From contig DASPLQ010000012.1 in assembly GCA_035627515.1 (NCBI GenBank), positions 1,034,331 to 1,098,330 of the forward strand: a DNA stretch of 64,000 nt, in the 5' to 3' direction. This stretch comes from Vitreimonas sp. (GTDB lineage: Bacteria > Patescibacteriota > Microgenomatia > UBA1400 > PJMF01). The notes below the pieces were generated by a model, which was not told where the DNA came from, did no database searches, and saw nothing but the letters and a program-made list of their open reading frames with translations. A program made the position numbers and the translations under genes. Positions 39,844 through 50,203 of the stretch are shown in pieces; within the stretch, counting starts at the first letter, position 1, and every line of letters starts with the position of its first letter.

Positions 39844-40735
39844 ACCAGTCTTACTCACAGAAGCCCTAGCTGCCCTCCAAGTCAAACCGGACCAGTGGTA
39901 CATCGATGGCACTTTTGGCAGAGGCGGCCACACGCGCGTGATTTTAGATCAAGGTGGTCGCGTCATTGCTTTTGATTGGGATGCTGAGGCGATTACATAT
40001 GGTCAAGAAACATTTGCTGCAGAGATTGCGGATCAAAAATTGATTTTGATCAGAGAGAGCTTTGAGAAATTGCAAAACGAAATCAGCAAAATCCAAGCCA
40101 CCGACTGGCTGACCAATCTCAAAATTGCCGGAATCTTATTCGATTTTGGTACCAGCACCGATCAATTAACTTCAAGTGAGCGCGGTTTCAGCTTTGCCGG
40201 CGAAGGCGAACTAGATATGCGCATGGATGATCGGTTGGGAGTCAAAGCTAAAGATCTGTTGATGGTTTTACCAGAGAGACAATTAGCTCAGCTTTTTTCA
40301 GAATATGGTGGTGAACGAGAAGCTCGCAAAATTGCTCGAGTAATTGTGGAAAAACGCAGCCGAGGCCAAGCAGCTGAACTGAGCACTACCCACGGTTTCG
40401 CTCAACTAATTGCCAAGACCAAACACGAACGAAGTTTCCATCTGCATCCGGCCACAAAAGTCTTTCAAGCATTGCGGATAGCAGTTAACGGTGAGTTACA
40501 AGCCATTGCAACGGCATTGCCCCAGGCTTTCGAGTTACTCGAGCCCGGTGGCAGAATCGTCACAATTGCTTTTCATGAAGGTGAAGATCGTTTGGTCAAA
40601 ACCCAGTTTCAAAAATGGGACCAAGCGGGTCAAGGGGAGTTAATGACTAAACATCCTCTGACCGCCAGTGAAGAAGAATTAACAACTAACAACAAAGCCC
40701 GAAGCGCTAAGTTGAGGATCATACAAAAATGTTAA
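39836..40735 (+). CDS. rsmH: 16S rRNA (cytosine1402-N4)-methyltransferase RsmH (MraW)
   Basis: MHKPVLLTEAL...YIDGTFGRGGH SAM-binding motif. Confidence 0.9.
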   Translation: MHKPVLLTEALAALQVKPDQWYIDGTFGRGGHTRVILDQGGRVIAFDWDAEAITYGQETFAAEIADQKLILIRESFEKLQNEISKIQATDWLTNLKIAGILFDFGTSTDQLTSSERGFSFAGEGELDMRMDDRLGVKAKDLLMVLPERQLAQLFSEYGGEREARKIARVIVEKRSRGQAAELSTTHGFAQLIAKTKHERSFHLHPATKVFQALRIAVNGELQAIATALPQAFELLEPGGRIVTIAFHEGEDRLVKTQFQKWDQAGQGELMTKHPLTASEEELTTNNKARSAKLRIIQKC

Positions 40736-41019
40736 AAAATCGAGTTATTATTGCTTTTTATACCTTAATGGCTGTAAGTTTGGCTGCAGCCAGTTTATTT
40801 ACTGTCAGCCAAGCTACTCACTTAGCTTTTCATGGTCAAACAATCAAGAGTTTAGAAACAGAACAAACCCAACTTAAAAACAAACTGAGTGAGCTCACTG
40901 CCGAGTACCACTCACAAACTTCGCTTGCGACCGTGACAGAAATAGCTCACAATCAAGGCTATCAACCGTTGGTAGTCACTTCCAGTTTAGTTTCTTCTCA
41001 AACAGTGGCCACTCGCTAA
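40729..41019 (+). CDS. ftsL: FtsL-like cell division protein
   Basis: 96-aa bitopic protein between rsmH and ftsI. TM segment followed by a coiled-coil region. Confidence 0.5.
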   Translation: MLKNRVIIAFYTLMAVSLAAASLFTVSQATHLAFHGQTIKSLETEQTQLKNKLSELTAEYHSQTSLATVTEIAHNQGYQPLVVTSSLVSSQTVATR

Positions 41020-41032
41020 CGGGTGAGTCATC

Positions 41033-42808
41033 ATGACGAGACACCATCCTGCCGCCCCTGTTTTGCCAGCCTGGCGTTTAACATTTCTCAAATGGAGTAT
41101 TTATATCCTGCTGTTTTTAATTGTGACCAGACTTTTTTACTGGCAAATTATTCAGGGGAGTGCCCTTAAAGCTGAAGCTCAGGATCAATATCAGCGTACG
41201 CAACTCATTACCGGTTTGCGCGGGAACATCAAAACAGCTGATGGATATTTATTAGTTTCTAATCAACCGGTGTATCGAGTCTTTGTAGAACCCCACCTGT
41301 TAGAGGTGCCAGGTGAAACACTAGCGAAACAATTAACACCTTTATTGCTGCCCGAGCTGGAGCAGTACCGAGCAGCTTCAGAAGCTGCTGCGCGGCAAGA
41401 AATTACCACCGCACTTGAACAAGACTTAACCACTAAGCTTAGCAATTCCTCAGCCAAGTGGGTAGGATTGATGCCGAAAATAAGTGAAGAAACGCGTCAC
41501 CAACTTGAAGGATTAAACGTCAAAGGTTTAGGTTTTGAAAAGTACCAGGTCCGCTCATACCCTGAGGCCTCTTTGGCTGCGCACGTGGCTGGTTTTGTAG
41601 GGAAGAACGAAGCTGGAGAGGAGGTAGGGTACTTTGGCGTAGAAGGTGCCTTAAATCAGGAGTTGCGCGCTCGGACTGAACGCAAGACACTCCTAAAAGA
41701 CGCCCTCGGTTTACAGTTGTTTGAGTCTCAGGCTAGAGGAGCGATGAGCCCAAGTGGTCGTGAAGTGGTGCTGACTATCCGGCGGGACATCCAAGCTTTA
41801 GCTGAAAGATATCTAGAAGAAGGTGTGAATAAATACGGTGCTAAGTCAGGAGAGGTGATTATTATGGAGCCAAATACTGGCAAAATTTTAGCCATGGCTG
41901 CTAGTCCTAAATATGACCCAGCAGCTTTTTATAAATACCCTCAAGAGTTATATAAAAATCCCAGTTTTACTCATGTCTATGAGCCGGGGTCAACTTTTAA
42001 AACCCTAACGGTAGCGGCTGGGATTGATACTGGGGCGATCAAGCCTGACACACAGTGTCCAGTGTGTGAAGGACCCCGCCAAATTGGTAAATACACCATT
42101 AAAACGTGGAATAATGAGTATCATCCGCAGATCACCATGACAGAAGCATTGGCAAAATCAGATAACACAGCCATGATGTATATTGCGGATGAGGTGGGAG
42201 CGGAAACCTTAAGTGAGTACTTCAAAAGATTTGGCATCGGTGACAAAACCTATACCGAAATTCAGGAAGACACTGTTACGCCTTTTCCTACTAAATGGGG
42301 CCCGGTGGAGTTAGCTACCGCTTCTTTTGGCCAAGGTATTAGTACTACCAGCATTCAGCTCGTACGAGCGGTGGCCGCAATCGCTAATCGCGGCAATTTG
42401 ATGAAACCCTTGGTGGTAGAAAAAGTGGTGGATCCTATTACCCAAGAAGTAGTGGTTTCACAACCCAAAATAGAGCGCCAAGTGATTTCCAGTGAAACCG
42501 CCGATCAAGTGACAAAAATGATGATTGAGGCTGCTGCCCATGGTGAAGCCCAGTGGATTGCCTCCAAAACTCATCAGGTAGCAGGCAAGACAGGCACCTC
42601 CCAAGTGGCGGTTAATGGTCAGTATGATCCTGAGAAAACCATTGCCACGTTTATTGGCTTTACTCCGCCAGAAAATCCGCGCTTTATTATGCTTGTCAAA
42701 CTAGTCGAGCCACAAAGCTCTCCGTGGGCAGCAGAAACAGCGGCTCCCCTCTGGTACAAGATCGCAGAGAGGCTGTACTTACTCCTCAATATTCCCGCGG
42801 ATAAGTAG
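41033..42808 (+). CDS. ftsI: Peptidoglycan D,D-transpeptidase (class B PBP, FtsI/PBP2)
   Basis: N-terminal TM and dimerisation domain. The transpeptidase domain carries STFK, SDN (KSDNTA) and KTGT motifs. Confidence 0.85.
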   Translation: MTRHHPAAPVLPAWRLTFLKWSIYILLFLIVTRLFYWQIIQGSALKAEAQDQYQRTQLITGLRGNIKTADGYLLVSNQPVYRVFVEPHLLEVPGETLAKQLTPLLLPELEQYRAASEAAARQEITTALEQDLTTKLSNSSAKWVGLMPKISEETRHQLEGLNVKGLGFEKYQVRSYPEASLAAHVAGFVGKNEAGEEVGYFGVEGALNQELRARTERKTLLKDALGLQLFESQARGAMSPSGREVVLTIRRDIQALAERYLEEGVNKYGAKSGEVIIMEPNTGKILAMAASPKYDPAAFYKYPQELYKNPSFTHVYEPGSTFKTLTVAAGIDTGAIKPDTQCPVCEGPRQIGKYTIKTWNNEYHPQITMTEALAKSDNTAMMYIADEVGAETLSEYFKRFGIGDKTYTEIQEDTVTPFPTKWGPVELATASFGQGISTTSIQLVRAVAAIANRGNLMKPLVVEKVVDPITQEVVVSQPKIERQVISSETADQVTKMMIEAAAHGEAQWIASKTHQVAGKTGTSQVAVNGQYDPEKTIATFIGFTPPENPRFIMLVKLVEPQSSPWAAETAAPLWYKIAERLYLLLNIPADK

Positions 42809-42823
42809 GGATAACTGAGCCAT

Positions 42824-43741
42824 CTATGAATGAATAATTGGCTTAGTCCAAGTAGTTCGCCTTATACTAGGAAGCGCTTGATAAGTTAACCAATAATAGG
42901 GCATAAAGACCTGCAGCATAAAAATAGGCATTTCAGGAATTAGAACCAAGGTTCGGCTATAACTTTGGAGTAATTTTATCGGATAATTTTTGGCTTCCTT
43001 GGCTTCAACTTCTTGAGGGTCAAAGGAAAGCAAACACAGAAAGTTTAAAAGAAAATGAATTGCGCCCCATGACATCAAACTATCAGTTGTTACTTCTATG
43101 CCATTTTCGTAGGAAAAATTGAGATTATCAGTCGTAATCTCACTTAATGATTTGATCATTTCCAGAAAAAAGGCTAAAAAGGCCACGCTAGAAATGGCCT
43201 TTTCAGCTTTAATAGAATCTGTATTCCCAAAGTGCTTTTCAGTTAGGCGTTGATAACAGATATAAGAAAATTGGTGAATAAATTCTCTATTCACTCTTTC
43301 ACCCACAACTTTAAGAAGATCAGGATGACGCTTTCCTAATTTATTTTCAACCTGTTTTTCTATATGTCTAAAATCAATTTTAATATGGTGATGAGAACCT
43401 TTGACTGAACTTTGTATTTGAGGTATCTGTTCTTCAGTTGAAAAAGTAGCTACTAAAGGTAAAGTAATAGTGCCAGTTTGATTTGGTAAACTAGGAGGCA
43501 AGGTTTGTTCAGCGCTGTAGGAATAAAGAGGAGAAAAAATTAACTCATCTTTAGAACTAAAATTCATTGCTTTAAGATAGCTGTGTAAGGTGTTAAGGTT
43601 TAGTTTTAAGCCTTTGGTAAATCCTGATCTATTCAGAATAGTTAATTGGCCTTCCTTTAAAGTTTGTGATTGTGAAATATGACCGGTATTTAACTCAAGG
43701 ATATGAATAGGATGATTGTATTCTGGTGTATGAAGTTTCAT
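42824..43741 (-). CDS. Hypothetical protein (orphan, opposite strand inside dcw cluster)
   Basis: 305-aa ORF in an AT-rich segment with no recognisable motifs. It is convergent with ftsI and divergent from murE. Confidence 0.5.
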   Translation of the reverse strand: MKLHTPEYNHPIHILELNTGHISQSQTLKEGQLTILNRSGFTKGLKLNLNTLHSYLKAMNFSSKDELIFSPLYSYSAEQTLPPSLPNQTGTITLPLVATFSTEEQIPQIQSSVKGSHHHIKIDFRHIEKQVENKLGKRHPDLLKVVGERVNREFIHQFSYICYQRLTEKHFGNTDSIKAEKAISSVAFLAFFLEMIKSLSEITTDNLNFSYENGIEVTTDSLMSWGAIHFLLNFLCLLSFDPQEVEAKEAKNYPIKLLQSYSRTLVLIPEMPIFMLQVFMPYYWLTYQALPSIRRTTWTKPIIHS

Positions 43742-43834
43742 ATCTTATATTAATCTATTATAAAGTATTCCAAACTTATCAATTAAATAAATGCCAAACT
43801 GACTAGAAAAAGTTGAAAAGTGTATAATAACTAA

Positions 43835-45061
43835 ATGCTTAAAGAGCTCATCTATCGTTTAAAACGTCCCTATCACTTAGTGAAGACGGGGTTATTGACT
43901 GGTTTGCCCGCTCAAATCAAGTATAAATTTCCTGCCAAAAAGCTCAAAATCATTACTTTCACCGGTACAGATGGTAAAACCACCTCATCGACCATGATGT
44001 ATCATGTTTTAAAAGCTGCTGGTAAGAAAGTCGCCTTACTTTCCACCGTGGCTGCCTATATTGGCGACCAAGCTATTGATACTGGTTTTCATGTCACCTC
44101 ACCTAATCCCGCCGATTTGCAGCGTTTCATGAGGATGATGGTTGATGAGGGCTATGAGTACCTCGTACTCGAAGTTACTTCTCATGGCGTGTTTCAGTAC
44201 CGTACCTGGGGAGTCACGCCTTATTTAGCTGGTTTGACTAATGTCACCCACGAACACTTAGATTACCATCTTTCATACGACAATTACATCGAGGCGAAGT
44301 CATTGTTATTGCGCCAAGCCGAAGTAATTGTACTCAATGCCGATGATCACTCGTTTTCTAAAATGAAACGCAAGCTTAAAGACCGAGCACGAGCAATTGT
44401 GGAGTACTCCACGAGCATTAAGTTACCTCGAGCAATTACACAAGCTATTACTGAACGGTTTAGTGAAGCATACAATCAAATGAACGCCCGATTAGTAGCC
44501 ACCTCGGCTCTACAACTGGGCCTGAAACCTGCGGCAATTGCGGAAGGTATCACTCAGTTCCCTGGCGTGCCAGGTCGAATGCAAGCCGTATCACTCCCTA
44601 AAAACGTTGGTTTTGAAGTTATAGTTGATTTTGCACACACTCCCAATGCTTTAGCCGGAGCACTCACAGCACTAAAAGCCAAACTATCCAGCCGTCGGAA
44701 AGCGGGGCGCTTAATTGCCATTTTTGGGTGTGCGGGCTTGCGTGATCGTACCAAGCGGCCATTGATGGGTAGAGCAGCCGCGGAGATTGCTGACTTAGTC
44801 ATTTTTACGGCAGAAGACCCTCGAACTGAAGATGTCTGGGCTATCATTCAGCAAATGAAACAAGATTTAGCTGGCACACACGCTAAAGTTATTTCCATTG
44901 CCAATCGTCAAGAAGCGTTAGTGTATACCTTAAAAACCTTAGCTAAACCCGGAGATATTATTGGTATTTTTGGTAAAGGTCATGAACAGAGCATGTGTTA
45001 TGGTACTACCGAGTATCCCTGGAATGACGTGGTAGCTGTGACTGAGATTATGAGCCAGTAG
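43835..45061 (+). CDS. murE: UDP-MurNAc-L-Ala-D-Glu--2,6-diaminopimelate ligase (MurE), short N-terminus
   Basis: P-loop GTDGKTT. LEVTSHGVFQYR...NVTHEHLDYH and DFAHTPNAL are MurE-specific. A DNPR-like EDPR motif is present. The P-loop begins at about residue 44. Confidence 0.8.
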   Translation: MLKELIYRLKRPYHLVKTGLLTGLPAQIKYKFPAKKLKIITFTGTDGKTTSSTMMYHVLKAAGKKVALLSTVAAYIGDQAIDTGFHVTSPNPADLQRFMRMMVDEGYEYLVLEVTSHGVFQYRTWGVTPYLAGLTNVTHEHLDYHLSYDNYIEAKSLLLRQAEVIVLNADDHSFSKMKRKLKDRARAIVEYSTSIKLPRAITQAITERFSEAYNQMNARLVATSALQLGLKPAAIAEGITQFPGVPGRMQAVSLPKNVGFEVIVDFAHTPNALAGALTALKAKLSSRRKAGRLIAIFGCAGLRDRTKRPLMGRAAAEIADLVIFTAEDPRTEDVWAIIQQMKQDLAGTHAKVISIANRQEALVYTLKTLAKPGDIIGIFGKGHEQSMCYGTTEYPWNDVVAVTEIMSQ

Positions 45062-45078
45062 TTGCCAGGGGCTGTGTT

Positions 45079-46083
45079 ATGTTGCATGATAATCACGATA
45101 TGAATCATAAACCTCGGGTGGTAGTGATGGGGGGAGGCACGGGCACTTTTCCTGTTATTTCAGCCTTAAAACATTTAGACGTTGATATTAGTACGGTCAT
45201 AGCAGTTTCCGACTCCGGTGGTTCTACTGGTCGCATTCGCGATGAATTTGGATTTCAGCCCGTTGGTGATTTGCGGCAATCGTTAGCTTCACTGGCGGAG
45301 AGCGAAACAGAATCTTGGATCAGGAAAATTTTGTTATACCGCTTTGAAAAGGGAGAAGGCCTCAAAGGTCATAACTTGGGCAATCTCATTTTAACTGCTC
45401 TGCAGGACATGACAGGTGATACCACCAGGGCTTTAGAAATCGCAGAAAAAGTCTTTCGTTTGGGTGGTACGGTTATCCCTGTGACTCAAGAGAATGTGAA
45501 TTTACAAATTAACTATGCTGATGGCACGACCGCTGTAGGTGAGCACATTTTGGATGAAAAAGTGACTGACCCCAAAAGAGTTGACAGCGTGTCACTAGTG
45601 CCAGCCGCTGAATTAAATCCTTTAGCAGCTGATGCAATTGCTAAAGCTGACTTGATTGTCATTGGGCCAGGAGATTATTTTGCGAGTTTGATGGCTACTC
45701 TTGTTGTCGGTGGGATTCCCGAAGTTTTTCAACAGACGCAAGCAAAAGTTTTGTATATTGGTAACCTGATGACTCGGATCACTCAAACGCACGGTATGAC
45801 CGCTCGCGATCACGTACTGGGTATTGAAAAAGCTATTCAGCGACCTGTAGACCACGTTCTCATTAACACTGAGCCCATTTCAGCCACTACCTTAAAAGTA
45901 TATGAAAATGAAGGTGAGTTTCCAGTGATTGATGATTTAGGTGAAGATGCGCGAGTGATCCGGGTATCGGTGATCAGTGATGTAGTTCACGATCAAAAAG
46001 CCTATGATACAGTTCACCGGTCATTATTACGCCACGACAGCGTTAAACTTGAAGCTGTGTTACGCCAGTTGCTCAATCAATAA
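45079..46083 (+). CDS. YvcK/CofD-like (UPF0052, gluconeogenesis factor family) protein
   Basis: VVVMGGGTGTFPV...VIAVSDSGGSTGRIRDEFG. Confidence 0.75.
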   Translation: MLHDNHDMNHKPRVVVMGGGTGTFPVISALKHLDVDISTVIAVSDSGGSTGRIRDEFGFQPVGDLRQSLASLAESETESWIRKILLYRFEKGEGLKGHNLGNLILTALQDMTGDTTRALEIAEKVFRLGGTVIPVTQENVNLQINYADGTTAVGEHILDEKVTDPKRVDSVSLVPAAELNPLAADAIAKADLIVIGPGDYFASLMATLVVGGIPEVFQQTQAKVLYIGNLMTRITQTHGMTARDHVLGIEKAIQRPVDHVLINTEPISATTLKVYENEGEFPVIDDLGEDARVIRVSVISDVVHDQKAYDTVHRSLLRHDSVKLEAVLRQLLNQ

Positions 46084-46086
46084 TTC

Positions 46087-47514
46087 ATGATGCAGATTTT
46101 AGAGTATCACCATTTTTATTTAGTCGGCATTAAGGGCGTTGCGATGGCATCTTTGGCTCAGTGTTTGTTAGATGCCGGCAAATCAGTTCGTGGCTGTGAT
46201 GTATCAGAAAAGTTTGTGACGCAGTCATTACTAGAAAAGCGTAGTGTACATATTGATATTGGTTTTGAAGGAAACATCCCGGCGGAAACAGAGTGCGTCA
46301 TATATACAGCCGCACATAAAGGCAAGTTCAATCCCATAGTTCAGGCAGCCCAAGCTCAGAGCATTCCTACCTTTTCTCAGGCAGAAGCTATGGCTTCACT
46401 TTTTAATCAAAAACAAGGCGTGGCAGTCTGCGGTGTCGGTGGTAAATCGACTACTTCTGCCATGATCACGTGGATTTTGGAAAAAACTGGACGTCAGCCA
46501 TCATTTTCAGTTGGAGTAGGAAATATACCTGGGTTGGATAAAACAGGTCAATGGCAATCAGACAGTCAGTATTTTATAGCTGAAGCAGATGAGTATGTGA
46601 TCGATCCTTCAGCTCCCAGCCGAGGTGAAGAAATTACTCCACGGTTTTCCTTTATGAATCCTTGGCTAACAATCTGCACCAACTTACGCTTTGATCATCC
46701 TGATGTGTATAAAGATTTTGAGCATACTAAAACAGTTTTTAAACGTTTCTTTGAGCAGATTAAGGATGGTGGGGTGTTAGTGGTTAATAGTGATGATCAG
46801 GAGTTATTACATTTAGCTAAAGAGGTGGCAGCGGCAAGAAATATTCAAGTGGTTAGCTACGGCGAAGATATCCACTCTTTAGTTACCTTTCGCAACATCA
46901 CTGCTCATGCAGGTAAAACTATAGCCGGCTTTTTGTCAGGTGAAATGTACTCATTAGAACTCCAAATTCCTGGTAAATATAATGTTTATAACGCTTTAGC
47001 TGCTCTCACTGCCTGTAAGGTGATGGGAGTTGAATTTGATGAAGGCATTGCTGCTTTAGCCTCATTTCGCTCCACGTTACGCCGAGCTGAGTTTATTGGT
47101 GAAAAAAATGGTGTCAAATTTTATGATGATTATGCGCATCATCCTAATGAAGTCAAAAGCGTGATTCATGCTTTTAAAGAGTGGTTTCCCGACTCTAAAT
47201 TAATGGTCGCCTTCCAATCCCATACCTTTTCACGGACGAAGGCCTTATTTCCTGAGTTTATTGATGCCTTTGCCGAAGCCGATGAAGTAGCGATGATTGA
47301 TATCTTCCCCTCTGCTCGCGAACCGTACGACGCCAGTATTACTAGTGAGATGTTGTGTGAGGAAATTGAAAAGGAATTTGTAGGTAAGTCGGCTCGCAAC
47401 TATAAAACCTTAGCAAACTTAGCTAAGTACTTACAACACAGTTTGAAACCTGGAGATGTGTGTTTAACCGTGGGGGCCGGTGATATTTATAAAGTTCATG
47501 AACTATTAACGTAG
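46087..47514 (+). CDS. murC: UDP-N-acetylmuramate--L-alanine ligase
   Basis: N-terminus HFYLVGIKGVAMASLA, which is MurC-type. P-loop GVGGKSTTSAM. Confidence 0.85.
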   Translation: MMQILEYHHFYLVGIKGVAMASLAQCLLDAGKSVRGCDVSEKFVTQSLLEKRSVHIDIGFEGNIPAETECVIYTAAHKGKFNPIVQAAQAQSIPTFSQAEAMASLFNQKQGVAVCGVGGKSTTSAMITWILEKTGRQPSFSVGVGNIPGLDKTGQWQSDSQYFIAEADEYVIDPSAPSRGEEITPRFSFMNPWLTICTNLRFDHPDVYKDFEHTKTVFKRFFEQIKDGGVLVVNSDDQELLHLAKEVAAARNIQVVSYGEDIHSLVTFRNITAHAGKTIAGFLSGEMYSLELQIPGKYNVYNALAALTACKVMGVEFDEGIAALASFRSTLRRAEFIGEKNGVKFYDDYAHHPNEVKSVIHAFKEWFPDSKLMVAFQSHTFSRTKALFPEFIDAFAEADEVAMIDIFPSAREPYDASITSEMLCEEIEKEFVGKSARNYKTLANLAKYLQHSLKPGDVCLTVGAGDIYKVHELLT

Positions 47515-47575
47515 GACCATTTACTAGCTGTACTATATTATAGTGTAATACACTATATTACACGTAAACATCACT

Positions 47576-47902
47576 ATGAAACTTGAAGAATTACTTGCTA
47601 GCTTAAAAAAAATCTCAACTACTTTGGATGAGAAGTATCCATTACAAGGTGACGATACCAGAATTTTAGCGCGCTTCATGAAGTACATAGAAGAACAGGG
47701 TGAGTTCGCTGATGCTTTTTTGGCCAGCAAAAACTTACAACGCAGTGAGAAACAGGAAAATCATCAAGTTACCAATCTCGAAAATGAGTATGCCGATGTC
47801 GTTAGTACATTGTTATTATTAGGCATTGAGCTTGGTATTGATATTGAAGCGGTGATGAAAAGAAAATTAACCACAATTAACAAAAGGCTAGAGATTACAT
47901 AA
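47576..47902 (+). CDS. MazG-like nucleotide pyrophosphohydrolase (small)
   Basis: All-alpha EExxE-type motifs (EEQGEFADAF, ENEYADVV). 108 aa. Confidence 0.45.
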   Translation: MKLEELLASLKKISTTLDEKYPLQGDDTRILARFMKYIEEQGEFADAFLASKNLQRSEKQENHQVTNLENEYADVVSTLLLLGIELGIDIEAVMKRKLTTINKRLEIT

Positions 47903-47903
47903 T

Positions 47904-48866
47904 ATGTCACAAGCCTTGAGTACTCTCACCACTACTTTTCCAGATTTACCTTTTCAAGCCAATTATCCACTCAAAGAATTAAGCTATTTTAAAATTGGCG
48001 GTCCGGCTGAAGTCTACATTGAGTTAGCTAACAAAGATCAGATCGCAGTTGTGGTCAAGCTCTGCCAGGAGCACCATATTAAGCTCACCATAGTCGGAGG
48101 AGCCAGTAACGTTATCATTGCCGATGAAGGTATCCAAGGTTTAGTGATGCGCGTATTACACGACGTTTTAGAGCAGACCGATCAGACTGTGGAAAACAAA
48201 ACGATCATCCGGGCTGGCACGGGCTTAAAGATGGCGTTGTTGGTGAGCCGGGTGGTGCACATGGGTTTTGGTGGTTTAGAGTATTTTTTAGGTGTGCCAG
48301 GGACTTTAGGTGGGGCTGTTTATAACAACTCACATTATTTAGCACACTTAATTGGTGAGCATATTCATCGGGTGCAGGTTGTTAACCAAGCTGGTGAGCT
48401 GCAGTGGTTAAGTAACAGTGAGTGTGAGTTCGCGTATGACTCGTCACGTTTTCAACGTACCAAAGAAGTGATTCTCGAAGTTGAGTTTGCTTTGGCGGAG
48501 GGTAATAAAGAAGAATCTCAAGCGTTAATTCGGGAAGCTACTCAGTATCGAGCTGATACGCAACCCCTGGGTATTCCTAACTCCGGCTGTATTTTCCAAA
48601 ACACGCCCAATACCGATTATTTACGACAACTCTTTCCACAATTTGCAAGTAAAACTCATGTCTCAGGGGGATTTTTGATTGATCAAGCAGGATTAAAAGG
48701 CACTCGGGTGGGGGATGTAGAAGTCAGTCATAAACATGCGGCTTTTATCATTAACAAAGGTCAGGGTACTGCTCAAGATGTCAAACAATTGATTACTCAA
48801 ATCAAAGCCACCGTCAAAGACAAATTTGGAGTAGAATTAAGAGAAGAAGTTTTTTATTTGGGATAA
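47904..48866 (+). CDS. murB: UDP-N-acetylenolpyruvoylglucosamine reductase
   Basis: FAD-binding YFKIGGPAEV and the C-terminal MurB domain. Confidence 0.85.
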   Translation: MSQALSTLTTTFPDLPFQANYPLKELSYFKIGGPAEVYIELANKDQIAVVVKLCQEHHIKLTIVGGASNVIIADEGIQGLVMRVLHDVLEQTDQTVENKTIIRAGTGLKMALLVSRVVHMGFGGLEYFLGVPGTLGGAVYNNSHYLAHLIGEHIHRVQVVNQAGELQWLSNSECEFAYDSSRFQRTKEVILEVEFALAEGNKEESQALIREATQYRADTQPLGIPNSGCIFQNTPNTDYLRQLFPQFASKTHVSGGFLIDQAGLKGTRVGDVEVSHKHAAFIINKGQGTAQDVKQLITQIKATVKDKFGVELREEVFYLG

Positions 48867-48868
48867 TT

Positions 48869-50194
48869 ATGAGTACGTACGTCATTCAAGGTGGGACCCC
48901 GTTATTTGGTTCTGTTCGGGTAGGTGGAGCCAAAAATGCTTCATATAAATTAATGATTGCCGCCTTATTAGCAAAATCCCCATCGCGTTTACTCAATTTT
49001 AGTCACATCAGTGACGTGGCGTTAGTAGCGCGGCTGATTGAGATGTTAGGGGGACGCGCCCATCAAGTCGGTGAACGCGCTTATGTGGTCGATCCCGCTA
49101 ATTTAAATCAATGGACCATTTCACGCGAGCACGGCGAAGCTTCACGAGCTTCCACTATGTTTATTCCTGCTTTATTACATCGCTTTGGTCGGGCAGAAGT
49201 ACCCTTACCCGGTGGTGACAAAATTGGACGTCGGCCACTTGAGCGTCATTTTCAGGGCTTGCAAGCCATGGGAGCTCGAGTCACTGAGGAAGCTGACTTG
49301 ATTCGCGTAGAAGCAGATGGTTTGAAAGGTGCTGATTACACCTTTGCTAAAAATTCTCACACCGGGACTGAGACGTTGGTGATGGCGGCGGCATTAGCCG
49401 AAGGGAAAACGATTTTACGCAACGCTGCTGAAGAAACTGAAGTTGATGATTTGATTACTTTTTTAAATGCGATGGGTGCCAAAATCCGTCGAACTGAGCC
49501 CCGTACTATTGAGATTGAAGGTGTCACAGAGTTACAAGGTGCCATTTTTAAGATTATGCCCGACCAAAATCAAGTTGTGTCGTTTGCATGTGCGGCGTTG
49601 GCTACCAAAGGTGATGTGATTGTGGAAAATGCCCGACCCGATGATTTAGAAATCTTTTTAGCTAAATTGAAAGCAGCTGGTGCCGGTTATGAGGTGGGTA
49701 GTTATGGGATTCGCTTTTTTTATCAACAACCACTGCGGGCAGTAGAGGTGACTACCGCTATTCATCCAGGTTTTAAAACTGACTGGCAACCTCTCTGGGT
49801 GACGATGATGACCCAAGCCGAGGGTGACAGCATTTTACATGAAACAGTTTCGCAGAATCGCTTCCAATATGTAGAATCACTCAATACGATGGGAGCTGAC
49901 ATTGAGCTCTTTAATCCCCAGGTAGAAAATCCAGAAGCGGTTTATAACTTCAATTGGGATGATCGAACCGATAAAGATCGCTATGCGGCCAAAATCCACG
50001 GACCATCTTTATTAACCGCAGGTGAGTTCACGGTTAAAGATTTACGTCATGGAGCAACGCTGATGATTGCTGGTATGATAGCTAGAGGCACAACTGTGCT
50101 TCATGATCCAGATCATCATATTGATCGAGGTTACGAATTACTTGATACTCAATTCCGGTCAATGGGCGCTCAAATAGAACGTCACTCACTTTAG
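48869..50194 (+). CDS. murA: UDP-N-acetylglucosamine 1-carboxyvinyltransferase
   Basis: GGAKNA motif. The EPT fold appears twice. PGFKTDWQP is present. Confidence 0.9.
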   Translation: MSTYVIQGGTPLFGSVRVGGAKNASYKLMIAALLAKSPSRLLNFSHISDVALVARLIEMLGGRAHQVGERAYVVDPANLNQWTISREHGEASRASTMFIPALLHRFGRAEVPLPGGDKIGRRPLERHFQGLQAMGARVTEEADLIRVEADGLKGADYTFAKNSHTGTETLVMAAALAEGKTILRNAAEETEVDDLITFLNAMGAKIRRTEPRTIEIEGVTELQGAIFKIMPDQNQVVSFACAALATKGDVIVENARPDDLEIFLAKLKAAGAGYEVGSYGIRFFYQQPLRAVEVTTAIHPGFKTDWQPLWVTMMTQAEGDSILHETVSQNRFQYVESLNTMGADIELFNPQVENPEAVYNFNWDDRTDKDRYAAKIHGPSLLTAGEFTVKDLRHGATLMIAGMIARGTTVLHDPDHHIDRGYELLDTQFRSMGAQIERHSL

Positions 50195-50203
50195 AAAGTT
50201 TAT

